64,000 nucleotides of DNA, taken from contig JAQGDQ010002367.1 of NCBI GenBank assembly GCA_030141605.1, positions 930,001 through 994,000 on the forward strand, read 5' to 3'. This DNA is from Tubiluchus corallicola. Taxonomy: Eukaryota > Animalia > Priapulida. This document shows, in pieces, positions 12,841 to 26,908 of this stretch (positions are counted from its first letter, which is position 1; the number at the start of each line of letters is the position of its first letter). The notes under the pieces were generated by a model that ran no database searches, was not told the DNA's origin, and saw nothing but the letters and a program-made list of their open reading frames with translations. Made by a program: the position numbers and the translations under genes.

Positions 12841-13322
12841 TTTGAGATTATCAGCTGGGCAGCAGCTTCCTTGATTCTTATCACAACTCTTGGAACTGGC
12901 TTCATTCTCGCGTGTGTCAAACGAAGTTCACTGGGGTTTCTTTGTTCTTAACTGTCAACTGAGCACTTTGTGAAGTATTGACGCATTTGGTTCTTTGCGA
13001 GTTAGAGTTTTGTCAGTGAGTTTACACTTCAACCGCGTGATGTTTCGCTGATGCTTGTTACAGCTTGAGATTTTTGAACCTTTCTACATCTGCGAAAGCT
13101 ATGACCAGGACGTGAATTTATTCTGTGAACGGTTAATACTTCAAAGAAATCGTAATTGTATATTAATTACTACTTTCTTATTCGAAAATTGTGTCGAAGG
13201 CCCGTCGAAGCCAAAGATAACTGGCTTTTTTTCGAAGCTCACTATGGCATCGTCAGCAGCAGTTAGTGTGTTGGCCAATCAACGTTTAGAACATCACCAC
13301 AGCTGCAGCTGTTTAGTACAGT

Positions 13323-13442
13323 ATGGCGGATAGCAGACTACAAATTCTGAAGGACAGGACTTATAGAAATGAAATACTTTCTTTATTAAAAGACGTAAAA
13401 CATCGCATGGTTGTGATGGGACAAGTTATGATGCAAGTTGGG
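13323..13442 (+). CDS. Candidate first coding exon of FBXL2/20 (MADSRLQ...MMQVG)
   Basis: Strong Kozak agtATGG; GGG|GTAAGT perfect phase-0 donor compatible with phase-0 exons at 35472 and 36834; no homology support. Confidence 0.4.
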
Positions 13443-14077
13443 GTAAGTGCAGCAATACTATCTACGCCTTATTATCACCATCGAGTCAACGGTTCCTTGC
13501 ACTTGTAAGTGAGCAGGTTTCTATGATAACTGGCGTTTTTACTAAATTGCAAACATGACACATCATAACACAGTGTAACTTGATAAAACACACATATCAG
13601 TTGTCATGTGGTATGTGACAAAAGTTGACGAGAATGTCAGAATACAAAACACTTTTGGAATCTTACTGCCCTTTGGGGTACTAGTACTAGTAGTTTGTGG
13701 ATAAAACGCCAGAGAAATTCGCAGACACGTTCGAGTTACGTTCATGAACTGAATCGTGGACTCAAAAAATTGGAGATGGCTTGCCGTAGATTAACTAGGT
13801 ACTCATGTAGCTACATAATAATAATATTTATAGTGTACACGCACATGTGGTAATGTTGCAATCTGTCTGTTTCGTTTGAATTCATGAGTTGGGAATTATC
13901 AGGGGCAATTGATCATAAATTCAAGATCCCTTTTTCGACACGTCAAGCATAAACATTTTTCTGAACTATTTGCTTGAAATGTATAACATGATAGTGCAAA
14001 TGGGTTTTTAGAGGATGTGGTGCAGCAATATTATGGAGACAAATGTGAATAATTTGCAGCAAATTGCTGGGTCTTTG

Positions 14078-14763
14078 TTGGGTGCATGGTAAGTTTGGTG
14101 CTAGTAAGTTTGGTACAGGTAATTTTGATACAAGGAACTTTTGGTACCTGGAAAATTTGGTACTAGGAATTTTTGGTACATGATAATTTTGGTACTTGGA
14201 AAATTTGTTACAGAGAATGTACGGTACTGGTAAATATGGTACTAACGAAGTTTTGTCAGGTAATGGTACAAGGTAAATAATGGCACAGAACAAGTTTCAT
14301 ACTACGAAAATTTGGTACTAGAAAAATTCAGTACAGAAAAAGTTTGGTACAAGGAAAGTTTGGTACTATAAAAGTACGTTTTATTATAACCTACTCAAAC
14401 AAGTTGCAGAGGCTCATTGTTGCATTTTTTATTTGTTTTTGTTCGCTTCCTCTTTGTTTGTTTGTCTGTTGTTTCTTGTTTATCACTGTTGTTGTTGTTT
14501 GTCTGTTTCTTGCTCACTCTTTTGTTGCGATAACTACCACCACCACCATCATCAACATTATTGCTGTCATCATATCACCATTGTTACTTTTGCCATTTTG
14601 TTGCTGTTGTTATTGTTGCTTTGTTATTGCCGATGTCATTGTTGTTGTTGCCATTGTTTTTGTTACTGATGCTGTTGTTATTCTTCTTGTATGTTAGTTC
14701 TTGCTTGCTGCTTTTGTTGTCCTCATCATGGTTGTCATCATCATTATCATCACCACCACCACC

Positions 14764-14795
<32 letters not shown>

Positions 14796-14856
14796 GGTCA
14801 TCATCATCGTCTTTGTTGTTGTCATTGTTACATTTGTAATTTTGTTGCTGTTGTAA

Positions 14857-14887
<31 letters not shown>

Positions 14888-15622
14888 TGTTATTGTTGTT
14901 GCTGCTGTTAATATTGTTAGCAGTGAAGATCATAATTATCATCGTCATCATCACTGTTACTGTTGTTGCCGTTGTGCCAATAAATAACGATGGATGATCA
15001 CAGTAAGTAATAGCAATAATATTGATGATGACAACGTTGATGCTAGTGATGATGATAACAATGATGATTATGGCAAAGATGGGTTGCATGGTGAGTTGGA
15101 GGCCTTTCATTTTTTGCTGAAAGAAATCTCAAATATACCTGCATGGATGGGATAATCATGGATAAAATTCTAGCTCTGCCATGCACCATTAATTACAGTA
15201 TAATGTTTTATGAACTTTTTAATAAACCAGACTTTCCTAGTACCATATTTCCTCCCTAATGAATAAACTTCTTTATTTTATAGTTGAAACAATTAGTTTG
15301 TAATGAGACGCAGAAATGCTCTGTTTTTCGTTAAGTACCATATTTTCCTAGTACCAAAACTTCCTTGTACCCATATTTCCTAATACTAAACAATCTTGGT
15401 ATCATATTTTCCTCGTATCAAACATTCCCACTACCACAATTTCCTAATACCAAAACTTCCTTACACCCTAAGATGATAGCACCAAATTTACATGTAACAA
15501 AATTAGCACGTATAAAAAATTCCTAGCACAGAATTTTCTGGGTACCAAAATTTCCTCGTACCCAAAATCACCTATACCAAATTTACATGTACTAAACTTT
15601 CTTGGACCAAACTTTCCTAAAT
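14078..15622. mobile_element. Foldback-like element: long inverted arms made of ~16-17-bp subrepeats around a microsatellite-rich core
   Basis: Left arm 14078-14370 (TTTGGTACAAGGAAA-like units) is colinear with the reverse complement of right arm 15230-15622. Confidence 0.75.
14480..15075. repeat. Compound trinucleotide microsatellite (GTT/GCT/CAC/CAT/GAT)n
   Basis: Direct reading; explains the low-complexity ORFs in several frames. Confidence 0.93.
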
Positions 15623-18600
15623 TTCTTTATTGTTCACTTAGTCACTGTCATACATGATCTCATACACGATCATCAATCGCTGCTACTTTCTAAAAAATTC
15701 GAGTAGCAGGTTTCCAAATAAATTATCCTGTTAACTTATAATTTAATGTTCTTTTACAGACGTTTGATTTAATTTACAGGAATAGGCCTTGCAACTTAAA
15801 ATAAGAGTAAACTAAGCATATCTTTTGGTTTGTGAATTTTTTGGGCAGTTACATTAAAAATCATTAAATCATAATTGACTGTTGTCGTCAAAGCTTTCCG
15901 TTTCTGACCGAATGCCAGAAACTTTTGTCTTTAAATTCGCACCTGTATGCTTTTGTGATTTTAATTTCAAGCTCGTGTGAAGTTCTGTTTTACGATGTAG
16001 AACAATCAGTAACAATCAGAATCACTAAACTACAATGGAATTAATTCTAGTATCCTAAATTCAATATTTAAGAATGACTTCAGCATTTCATAGAGTTAAT
16101 TTACTCAAACCAGGGTAGCTACTAATGAGTTTAACCGCCTAGTGTTAAAATTTCAAAAATTTGGTTATTGCAGTTTCAGTCTGCCGTTAATATTCTTCAA
16201 ATAAGATGATAAATAGGTAATTAATTACCAACGGAGCATTCCAAGTTCTACATTACTTACGAAATTAATCTTAGTTGGTTAGAAACTGCTCAAGCTATCT
16301 ATCGTACGTAAACAAACACTTGGTTGGTAAACTGTGGAATTGGCTTCTTTAGTACGAGGACTGGTTGGAGTTGCGGTTTAATGTCCTTAATTCAAATTTA
16401 GCCTCAATACAACAGACATTTCCTTTCTTTTCATCAATTTAGCCCTAAAAAAATCAGTGATTATAATTTGATTGTGTCGTTAGCCTGGTGTCCTGACGCG
16501 AAATTACTTTATTCACATAACTTGCATCATACATGTCTATCAAATAAAGCAGACTGACTGTGATATAAGTTCCTAAATAGTGACTGTGAGACTTCAGAGC
16601 AATTTCATGGACTTCTTGAAATGAACAAGTCTCAGGAGAGCCACTCACTTACATACATTTGTTTAAATCCATAATAAACAAACATATTTATATTATCTTA
16701 CGCTGTACCTTACACGGCCTGGTAAAGTTAGCAAGTGAAAGTGCTGCTAACAACTGGGCGCCAAGGATATCATCGGATTTTGCTTGTTGGGATGCTAACG
16801 ACATAATAGAGTGGCGCTACTTAGCTGCATGTAAATGGCTGCTGTGGAACCAATTGAAATTTTATTACAGGATTCATTGATTGCTGATGCTGTTAGATCG
16901 TGGAGGACAAACAGAAATTTCTTGACATTTTAACCTCTGTGATTTCTATTGGTTTAATTACTATATTAGTCAACAAAGTAAATTTGATCTCATATGCATT
17001 TATAATAATATAAGTTTAAAAATATTACCTTCTGCGTTGGAATATACTGACTAGTGTTGTTCATTGATTAACCAGGACTATGTCATTATGTAGCAAAAAG
17101 TAAAGATTCTTAAAGCTGTTTAATCAGTTGCATTAATGCAAACCATTACTAACTGAATTACTGTATTTAACAATAATGAATGAATTCAGATCCGAATCCG
17201 CGAGCATGACCGTGTTTATCACTTGACGATGCCTGGTTTAATGTATACTAAAAGCTGCATCATGTGTGACTGATTAGTGAGTATGGTGCTCGTGACTAAT
17301 TATCACTTGATTATGCCTGGTCCAGTTCTCTTTACTCATGTGTGACTGAGCAGTTTGCCGTAATTTTCCATTTTCTGAACTTCCTATTCCAGGTCACACC
17401 TGCAAGGCTTTCGTGAGTGTAGGTACTTTAGTTTTCGAATCATTCAATGTCATGAACTTATGAGTCGATGCCTAGAATTCCACACCTAACAAAAATGATG
17501 GAAACAAAATATGAAAAAAATCAGTAATTTTTTGAAAAAATTTGAAAATTTTACATTATATAGGAACTATGAAGCCAAGCTGGCAAAGTTGTTATGCGTT
17601 TGTTTAAAGTTAAACGTGGAATAGGTCTTCCTGCTCCAGTCTTGCAGTATGGCTATGCAATATAGATTAATATTGAGAAACAGGGTCCTCAATTGTTTAG
17701 GAAAAGAACTTAATTCTTAGCTTCCGTTTGCTTTCGTTCAATAATCTGATAGCTATATCACCCTATAAACGATATCATGTACTATTATGTCGTGCATGGC
17801 CCATAGAAATGAATATTATTTCCAGACATTTAATTTTTAAGGTAGGTTTGTATTGCAGACTTTGCAGGTTGATATATTAGCGTCTTTTACATCTTATAAG
17901 CGGCGAATACATTAAGGAAAAGAATTCTCTCGTTTTTGCACAACTTGTTATTGCTGTTTCGTTTTCGTATTCGAGTTCCTCTAAACATAGTATTACGTTT
18001 ATCAGAGGGGGGGACAGAGGCATTCCTTACCGCATAACAGAGCACTTGCCAATTATCTGAAAACAAATTTGAGCAACTAATATTGTCGATTGGTTGTTGT
18101 GCATGTGAGTAAACGTAATGTTTAATGTTGTGAGAGTCTGAGCATAGATAGCTCGATATGTTTTTCCCGTCTTATCAGCTATCAGTAATGCGCGGCAGCA
18201 TTGCTTGGGCCTTGCACTTTGTACTTAACCAATGAGCATTGAGTGTGTATGACTGCAAAAACATTACATAATTGCGTGAACTGCCTGTATTGTTTTGAGC
18301 ACGTGGTCGGTGCATTAAACTGTATTTGACTTGACTATGACGTCGCTAAAAACAAAGAGAAATTTGGTTTTTCGTTGTCACGAACAGAATTCATTATGCA
18401 TGGATTTTGGCGCAGCCCGTCAGGCATGCTTATGGCGTACTCTCTTTCTGAAGTACCGGACTATGTCAGTCTGTATAAGGACTATAAGCCGTCATGTAGT
18501 GATAAACCTACTTGAGAAAAGCCTGCATTGATAAATTTATGTCAACTTTCAATAAAAAAGACATTAAATGAAGCAATATAAATCGGTGTAGTCTATTAAG

Positions 18601-21600
18601 TTTATAGACTGCCGCTAGCCCTCGGGCAATTATTTGCCTACAGTTTGTGTTTAACTCCACTACGTCTTTACGTTTTCAGCGCTTGCTATTATCATTCACT
18701 AACTAAAAACTTTTGTGTTTAAAATTTTATGTCCGAACGTTTTATAACTTTGCACGAACGAAAGTTCGTTTCATAATTTATACCACGCTTACGAGCAGTC
18801 TGATTTATGAAATAATGAAACTGATACTCAGTATTGTGTAATTTGTATTCCATGATTTACTTCTATTATAAACGTATAAATACTCGAAATCACAAATAGC
18901 ATACATATTATTTAACTTAGTTTAGTAAATTTAGAGCTCTACATTTTCTTAGAGCTGTATTTATTACGTAAAAGCGAGTTATATTAATCGATTTTTTATA
19001 TTTAACATTTTTATTTAATACAAAACATACATTACAAATTACAATCGATTTTGATTTACAAGCACAGTATCAGATTTAGACTGTGTGAAAAGGTTTAAGC
19101 GTACTATGGACTGTTTTTGAACAGTTTGTTTCTAATTTAAATTAAAAATGTTTGATGAATGTTGATCTATTTATTAACCACTAATAGAGCAATTCTTGGA
19201 CATATACAATGGAGGATGTAAAATTTTCTTTCGCCATTTGAAGCAGAACTTCAAACCAAACTCTCCCCTAACAATCTATTAGTCTGCGTATCCATATAGC
19301 ACAAAAATTATAGGTTTACTTTCATGTTTTGTGACGGAGACTCATGGTCGAAAGTAACAAATCGGTTCATTAACATCACTACCAAGCGGCTGCTGGCGTC
19401 GCTGTTTAACTGGCTATTGTGTTGCTCTTTTTCCACTAGTAAAATGTGCTTTCTTTATTGTGGGGTATGCTCACAAAAGATCTGTGACCAGGTGGGTTTC
19501 CTGCTTGGGAGCATTTGCCATATTCCCGGTCGCGAACTGCTTGATTCAGCGCCAGCTGCGTTGCTGTATCAAATACATGACATTGACCCGTGGGCCCACC
19601 AGGCAAACTCAATCGCTCTGTGTATTTTTTCGCAATGGTACATGTATATTGCATGTGCGTCATTATGTACGTAGTATACCCATCACTGATATAAAAATAT
19701 AACATATACAATTATACATAGTTAGTCAATGGCTATTTCCTAGTTACAGTCACGAGTTTCCCTGCAAGCAGACACCAATGAAAAAAACAGATGATTACTG
19801 GGTGGGATGTGATACACTGCCAAGCAGTGTTCCAGCGAAATGTCTATTTTTAGGAAAAACTAGGTTCGGGGACCTGTTTTTAGAAAGCTCAAGTGAATAT
19901 ACTGCATTTTCTCTGTGTTTGCAGACATTACCTTTCTTTGTAATTTGCTAAAATTCTCTAAAAGTAAGAGCGTCCTAGTCTAAAAAATTGCTAGTGTCCA
20001 TAAAATAACTTTCATTGCCAAATTTAATGCTCGACTTAGGACAGGTTGTTGGGCAAAAGTAAGACAAAAATTAGAAGTTACATTAATACACTGTGAGTCT
20101 GTAACGTTCTTTGGCTCTGATCCGTTTGCTGGTTAAAGATCGTGTCTCTTGACGACATTTCATTGCAAAAAAGTTCACGCTTCCATACAGGGTGGCGGAA
20201 CCGACAAACTCATTCTAGCAGTTATTAGTCCTTTTATAAATAGATAAACGCTAAGACATCACATAGCCAATTTTGGATTTATACATTGATGTTAATTAAG
20301 TTAGTGAATGAACACCGTTAGGTTACGTTTAAACAGTGTAGGTAGTTTTTTACAATTCTAGTGATGTTGTACTTATAAAACAGGTGGCTATGGTTGGTTA
20401 TAACTAAGGTTATCGACAATTCGATAGATTAAAAGGTGTGTTATAGTATATGTTATTTATGCGGCTAGCTGTTGCGCTCTACCACAGCAAGCACATGAGT
20501 CATCAGTATGTTTATCTGTAGTCTTGTGTGAAAAAACCGCGCAGTCCTAATTATTTGTTTTAGATAGATAGCTGTCTTGTTTTAGATAGGGCAATAGCTG
20601 GAATTACCGCTGATGTTCAAAAATGCCAATGACATCTAGGCCTTTTTTTCTTATGTGTCGTGATTAGTGAAGTGCCTCTATAACGCTTTAGCTTTCCTAA
20701 CCATGCGTTTAGTGTTTATCGGGTGGATCATCCCGGTGTTCGCTCTCGTGCACAGCTGATCGATATTGTAATCCACTTTCACTGAATGGGGTGCAGTGTC
20801 CTCTAGCTCGCGGGACCTGGTATATCTAGAGCAGTGAACAGTGACGATAGCATGGACAAGTACCTCCTGGCAAAACCCTTTCGCTCATACATGTATGAAT
20901 ATTAGCGACAATTTTGCATTGATTTCCGCATTTGGTGATACGCTGTATAAGCTGTCTAGTTTATGAAATTATTGAAAGTCTTTGGTACGGTTTATCACGT
21001 AAGTGTAACCTATTTATAAACTGGTGTTGAAAAAGAGAGCATTGGTCATTAATTAAGGCAACTTAATAAATTGTAATTTATATCGAACTTTAGTTTATAA
21101 AGGCAACTTGGTTAGAATCAATACAAAAAGAGTTCGTCTGGAAACAAGTTTATAGAAAAAGGTACGACTATATTACTTATCTTGGTTTTGATTCGAAATA
21201 CATGTGAAAAGGCGCTAGAGTGTAAGTAAGTTTTATACCATTTTTGTATACGTAGAACTTAAGCAAGTTTTATACCAGTTTTGTATAAATGCAAACGAAT
21301 AATTAATCTGATTCTAAATCGCTATATAGGACGAAGTCATTACGAGACTTGTGAATGAGTGATCGAGTTCTGAGGTGATCATTAGCACTTGTGCTGAATA
21401 AAAGTTGTATCAATCGTTTTTATCCAGCTATCAAATGCAGCATCGGTATGCCATGGTGTTTGAGCGTTTTGTGAGCCGAGCGAGTGTATTCTTTATTCAA
21501 AAAAGCAAAAGTCGTTTCTCACCGCTTAGTAAATTGCAAAATATCTAAAGAATTGAACATTTTTATTAATTAATTAGAGAAAACATCTCTGATTAGAAGA

Positions 21601-24600
21601 TACTTTATCTTAAAAAAGACTGAAATTGTTTTCATTGGCGTTTTCCCATAGTGATGATAGTTGTAGAGGTAACTGGATACAAAATCAATGACTTGTAGGG
21701 CCAAACTTATTTCGATTGCCATAATGTTAGCGGTTGGTTTGAGCCTAGAAAGATTATCGTGATTAAATACTTCTTCTTATGTGGTTGATGTACAGCTTAT
21801 GTGTGTAATAATTTGTCCCGAGTTTGCGCCGCAGTCGGGTGTGAGAGATTCCGTTATTTGCATTCGCCTTGCGCTAATTTTTTTTCAGTCTTTGAATAGT
21901 TGATGCAATGAGGCATTCATGTACGTGGTGAATTGGTTGAAGTTTTTACAAACTCTGAATACGTAGACGAAGTTGCGAAACCTGCTTCTGCTTTATTTGA
22001 CAGCGAAGTTTAACATTATTTAGTCCTTGTACAGCTATAACTTCTGAAGCTCCTAAGTTGCGAATACAAATAATCCAAGGTTAGATTATACAAAACCCAG
22101 CTAAAATTACATGGCATTTATTTGTTTGCAATTTTCAGAGTTTATATTAACGTATAGCAAGTTGTTAACCTAAATTCAGAGTGTTTAAGCTGGCTTAGAT
22201 GTTGTGTGTAATGAAAATGACACCAAAGCAAACGGTTCACTTCCTGTTGGCATTTCCTTTTCCTAATGGCACTGTTTGTTCTGTATGCGGACGTTTTCAA
22301 CTCGCTTGCATTCGTCAAACAAAACCAGTCACCAAAACTCTGTTGATTTTTCTTATTTTGCTATCAGACGCATTGATTTTGCAGAGTTCACGAGACGGTT
22401 TCATTAGACATTCCGAAAAAATTCTTTGCTTTTAGAAACCTTATTGACGTCTTGTATAGCCAGCGGGGTAGAAGGATTTTGTGCGATTAACTCTCGCCTG
22501 ATGCCGTATCTCTGTGCTTGGCTTCATTTCGATAACGAACTTTTTCGAATCTAGCGTAGAGGATGTGAACGCCTATAGGTAAAGCTGACCTGTCAACTTT
22601 CATCAGGCTAGAAATAGCACCAAAGTGGATCTTCTGTCAAATTGGAACTACAAAATATTACTTTTGCATTCTCATTTAAATTGTAGGGTAGTGCTGCTTT
22701 AATCTGTGTATATGCATAGACGAGTATTGTGTACGACTGTATATTAAACCTAGGCTTTATGTAACACGGTTATGTTGCCACATTGGCTTTTGGTGCTCTT
22801 TTCCTTTGTATATGCGTAATGGTAGATTCATAAGTGTTCATATTCTCACCAAATAGAAAAGGTTTTTGGTTTGACCCATATTAATTATCAAGGTTAATTA
22901 AGATAAGCCTTATCTTGGTACAGTTTCCGGTACTGGCGTAGCCTTGCTTGCTTTGTCATCAGGGAGACGCGAGCTGTTGCAGTTATTTTGCTGTTATCAC
23001 TTGTTAACGCACTTATCTACATCTGTGTGCTATTCATAGCATTTATTTCCTTCGCAAGTTTTGTTATTTGAACCCATTTTTCTTTTTGTTATTTCCTATT
23101 AATGAAAGTTTTTGCTTGAGTCGGATTCAGCGAGCCGTGCAAACTGTTTTTACTTTCAGCTTTTGCACCAACAACTTTCAGCTTTTGCACCAACAAAGTA
23201 CAAGTAATTTCTCCTTTCAAATTAACTGTGAATAAATTTGGCAAAAAGGTGTTACTATAAGTTTACCTTTTTGATGGAACTTAATTTCTGTGACATATCA
23301 GACTATTAAGAAATTGACATGAGACCCTTTTGTGCGTTCAGACTTTATGGCTAACCGTGTAAAGTTACAATTGTACATTTTATTTGCATACACTGTGTCA
23401 ACTGTGACTAAACGCAGCTTTTGGTCGTTCACATTTGTAATTGCTATGATAACTGGTTAGCTAACTTTAGTGTAACTGTTGTAACGTTGCTTAAAGGTTT
23501 TCAAACCACAATTATGATAAACGCTTGAATTAAAACAAGATTAACTGTGGGTTTATCTGATTGTCTTGTTTGCACTGTACTCAAGTTTGGTTGTTTAAAG
23601 TTTCCGGTTCTATTTACAAGTTTTTCCAAGCTTGATTGCTGCCCGAAAGTTTAGCAAACTCGTCACAGTTCAAAAACCTGCTTGTACACCTGTGTAAAAC
23701 CTGTCTATTGTTTCAATGTGAAATTTCAGACACTGTAGAGGCACACAGCGGCAACAAGTAACTATCTGTGTCAGCAGGTGTCACTGACACTGACTTATCC
23801 CCTACTCCAATTTACCCCAATCGCCCCAGGCGACTAAGTTCTTTTTGTTTGGCTTTGTTTTGTTATTTTCAGGTTCAAAGGCGGGAGTTTTCGGTTTGAG
23901 GGAAAGGTGTGACATCTCGAAATAAATTATATGTTCAAATTTTTTTTGAGATACGAGAAATAATTGTTTATTTCGGAATGGCATACTAATATCTTGTGCG
24001 GGTGAGATATCCTTTACTGTAGATATGTCAGTTTTGAGCTCATAGTCTTTAAACATCTTAATTTCTGTTTAGTCATTTTGAGAAGTCAATTCTTGTCCAG
24101 CAGTTTCTGCAACTGTGCTAGTGCGCCGTCTAAAGGTCATTTCACGTTCTTGTTTTGAGTTTACCGTACTGTCGTCGGTTTGCTTTCAGTTAAGTTTCTC
24201 CAAAATTTTAGTTGATAGTGATTCAGATCATTCGCGTAAATTGTTTGACACGTGGGTTTTGAGCTTAGCGAAAACGTGAAAGGCGGGCTTAGAGAGAGAT
24301 GTTGAAAAAAGCGACCTCAATTTCAACGCGGCTTAATTAATTGAACAATACACATCTGAGAAAGTTAATTAATTATTGACTTTGAGCATTACGAAAAGAT
24401 TCAATACGTCTTTTGTGAGTTGAGAGTTTCATTAGCTGCTTTACCAAGCCAGCACTTCACGTAAGAATCGTTTTCCTGGTTTCTTTTCACTTTTTCTTGC
24501 TAAACTTGAGATGACCTGGCATCAGTTAATTGTTATCACTTGCTTTTGTTGAAATGAAGCCCCTCTGTAGCGGCAGCGGAACTCATGCAGAATCTGCGCT

Positions 24601-25378
24601 TCTATTTGCCGTCGAAAGGTCAATTAGGATAGCTTGTTGTTGCTATGGCAACGAAGTTCGCGTTACCGTGGAAATAGATGAGATGTGGCATGGTCTGCAG
24701 GTGTATGTATGTTGTGTAGCAGCAATGAGCTATGGCGTCTTATAATGATTTCTGAAAGATTTATGTGAGTGTTGTTGTCAGAATACAGGCTTGTCGAGTT
24801 CTTATAATTTCCGGGCAAAGTGCCAAAATTCATGTTTTCAGGAGGCAACTTATCTGGTAGCCATCACTTGAGAGAGAAGGGTTGTACCATGTTATTAGTT
24901 GTAAAGTTTAGCAGCTTTCTGAATTCTGACTTAATGAATGAAAAGTAAACTAACCTTATTTTAAACTCTTATTGTATATAATGCTTTTGTACAGTATGAA
25001 GATTAACAAGTTTAGAACTTGTGTAAATTCTCGGGCTTTACCAAAATGTTGCCATAGTTTTACTACATCAGTATTGGCGGGAGCATAGTGGCGTAAAGTT
25101 TCCTATTTTACAGGTGATGATAACTTCAAATATTTCTGTTAGTTTATCTGAAGCCATTTTATATGACATGTTGGGTGACATAATTGGACAAATTGGCTTC
25201 TCATTTTCTTAAGTGCCTTAGTTGCTAGAGGAGAATGGAAGCTTGATCAAAGTCAGCCATGGCTATAATTTGTAAACTCATTACAGAAGGCCTAGGCAAG
25301 AGCATCAATCAGGCAAGTGTAGAAGTGCATGCTTATAGACCCGGTCCCCTGGTGGTTTGATATGGAGTGTTGCTGATA

Positions 25379-25462
25379 ATGTGGACAGCTACAATGAAGA
25401 GCAGAGTGTTCCAGGAGGTAGTGTTGCTTAGTTACACCCAGACGTATCCTTATTTTCTCAAG
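25379..25462 (+). CDS. Candidate alternative first coding exon of FBXL2/20 (MWTATMKSRVFQEVVLLSYTQTYPYFLK)
   Basis: ATG-initiated 28 codons ending in AAG|GTAAGC phase-0 donor; weak resemblance of TMKSRVFQE to the vertebrate FBXL20 N-terminus TKSRFE (from recall). Confidence 0.35.
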
Positions 25463-26817
25463 GTAAGCGTAGAGTTTATAATGTTCATTTGTGTGGACAC
25501 GTTTTTTGGTGGTGGTATTTCATATTTTCGGTTTCTTCAATTTGTTTGCAACATATTAATGCATAACACCCTTGCGAACAACAAATATTGAACAGCTCTT
25601 TACTTGACTACAAGAAAGTTGCAATTGATTGTGGATTGTTTTACTAGAAAGACAAATGCGCCAACAGAACACCTTTTGCTGGCAGCAAAAATGATTTTAC
25701 GTTTGTCAGCGTGATGTGAACGGCTAAACTTTTAATCCAGAAGATTTGATAATATGTGCCATTCTTTCTCTTCACATTATTTCGCATTATTTCTCTTGTC
25801 CAACTGACACAACGTGGGAAAACAAAAATGAAATGATTGAAATCACCACTTTGTCCGCTTGTCAATCCTCATTATGCTGACCTTTGCCCTTTGAATTTGC
25901 TCTTTCTTACATTATCCAACTGAGACGTTATGTACTTTTGCTGTACACTGTTTGTCAGCTCACATTTACCATTCTATTTTTTGCTTTTTGATTTTGCATT
26001 TTCTTACGTTAAATGTCCATCTAGAATTTGAGCTTACGCTTTAATCGATGTCTCCTTGCCAGAATCAGAGGTTCTCAGCTATGCAAACACTTTTCATAAC
26101 TGAGAACCTCTTTGGACAAAATTATTTAAACCTGTCATTTAATAGGCCTAACTAATTAATTCGTTAATAATTAACGAATAATACTGAATTCAAAGACGTA
26201 GTTGCTTCTTCTATACTAGGAATAATTATAATTGAGGTTTAATCCGATGCTCAGGATGTGACTTTACTTTGTGAAGCGTGTTGCCTTTAATGTCGCGTAA
26301 ACAGTCACTCATACGAGTCATACGTGAGATCACTCATACGTATGTAAGTCTGAATTAAAAATCGTAATGGCGTTCAACGTTAAATGGCTGTGTGTATCGT
26401 AAAATTACGTTCAGGGTAACAATTGCAGTATTTTGAACCTTGAACTAATCTCGATCCGAGAACCTGTTATACGACAATTTCTTGATCAATCAATTTTCTC
26501 CCTTTATATTGCTGAATTTTGTCAATTATTGCGCCACATGTCACAACACCGCTATTTCGCCTTCGTGGAGTGCTTTTTCGAAGCATTCATATTGCTGTAA
26601 AAAGCTTTGTGCGTGCATGGTATAGCTATTATTTCATTAAATTATTTTGCTTGTCATGAATTTCTTCGATTGAAATGGTTAGTTGGGTAATTGCAGATAG
26701 AGAACCTTGCAGCGTGTCTACAACTTGACATGTGTTGTTATTGGCACCAGTCTTTATGCTAACAAAGCTCTTTGTTTGCCCAATATTCATAGCATTTAAT
26801 AAACGCTGCTTTCCGCA

Positions 26818-26908
26818 GGCAGAGAAGTGTACATAACATAACACGTACAGTGTTTTCTGCTGGCAGAGAAGTGTACATAACATAACACGTACAGTGTTTT
26901 CTGCTGGC
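26818..26908. repeat. Perfect 44-bp tandem duplication
   Basis: GGCAGAGAAGTGTACATAACATAACACGTACAGTGTTTTCTGCT x2. Confidence 0.9.

Noticed and set aside
13943-15110. Several overlapping 80-140 aa ORFs (poly-His, poly-Val, poly-Met)
   Set aside because: Artefacts of trinucleotide microsatellites and the foldback subrepeats.
19324-19711. Three overlapping ORFs in a less AT-rich patch
   Set aside because: No recognisable domain or convincing splice signals; expected by chance with higher GC.
23152-23195. 22-bp tandem duplication (similar small duplications near 21226 and 52886)
   Set aside because: Ordinary slippage duplications with no further structure.
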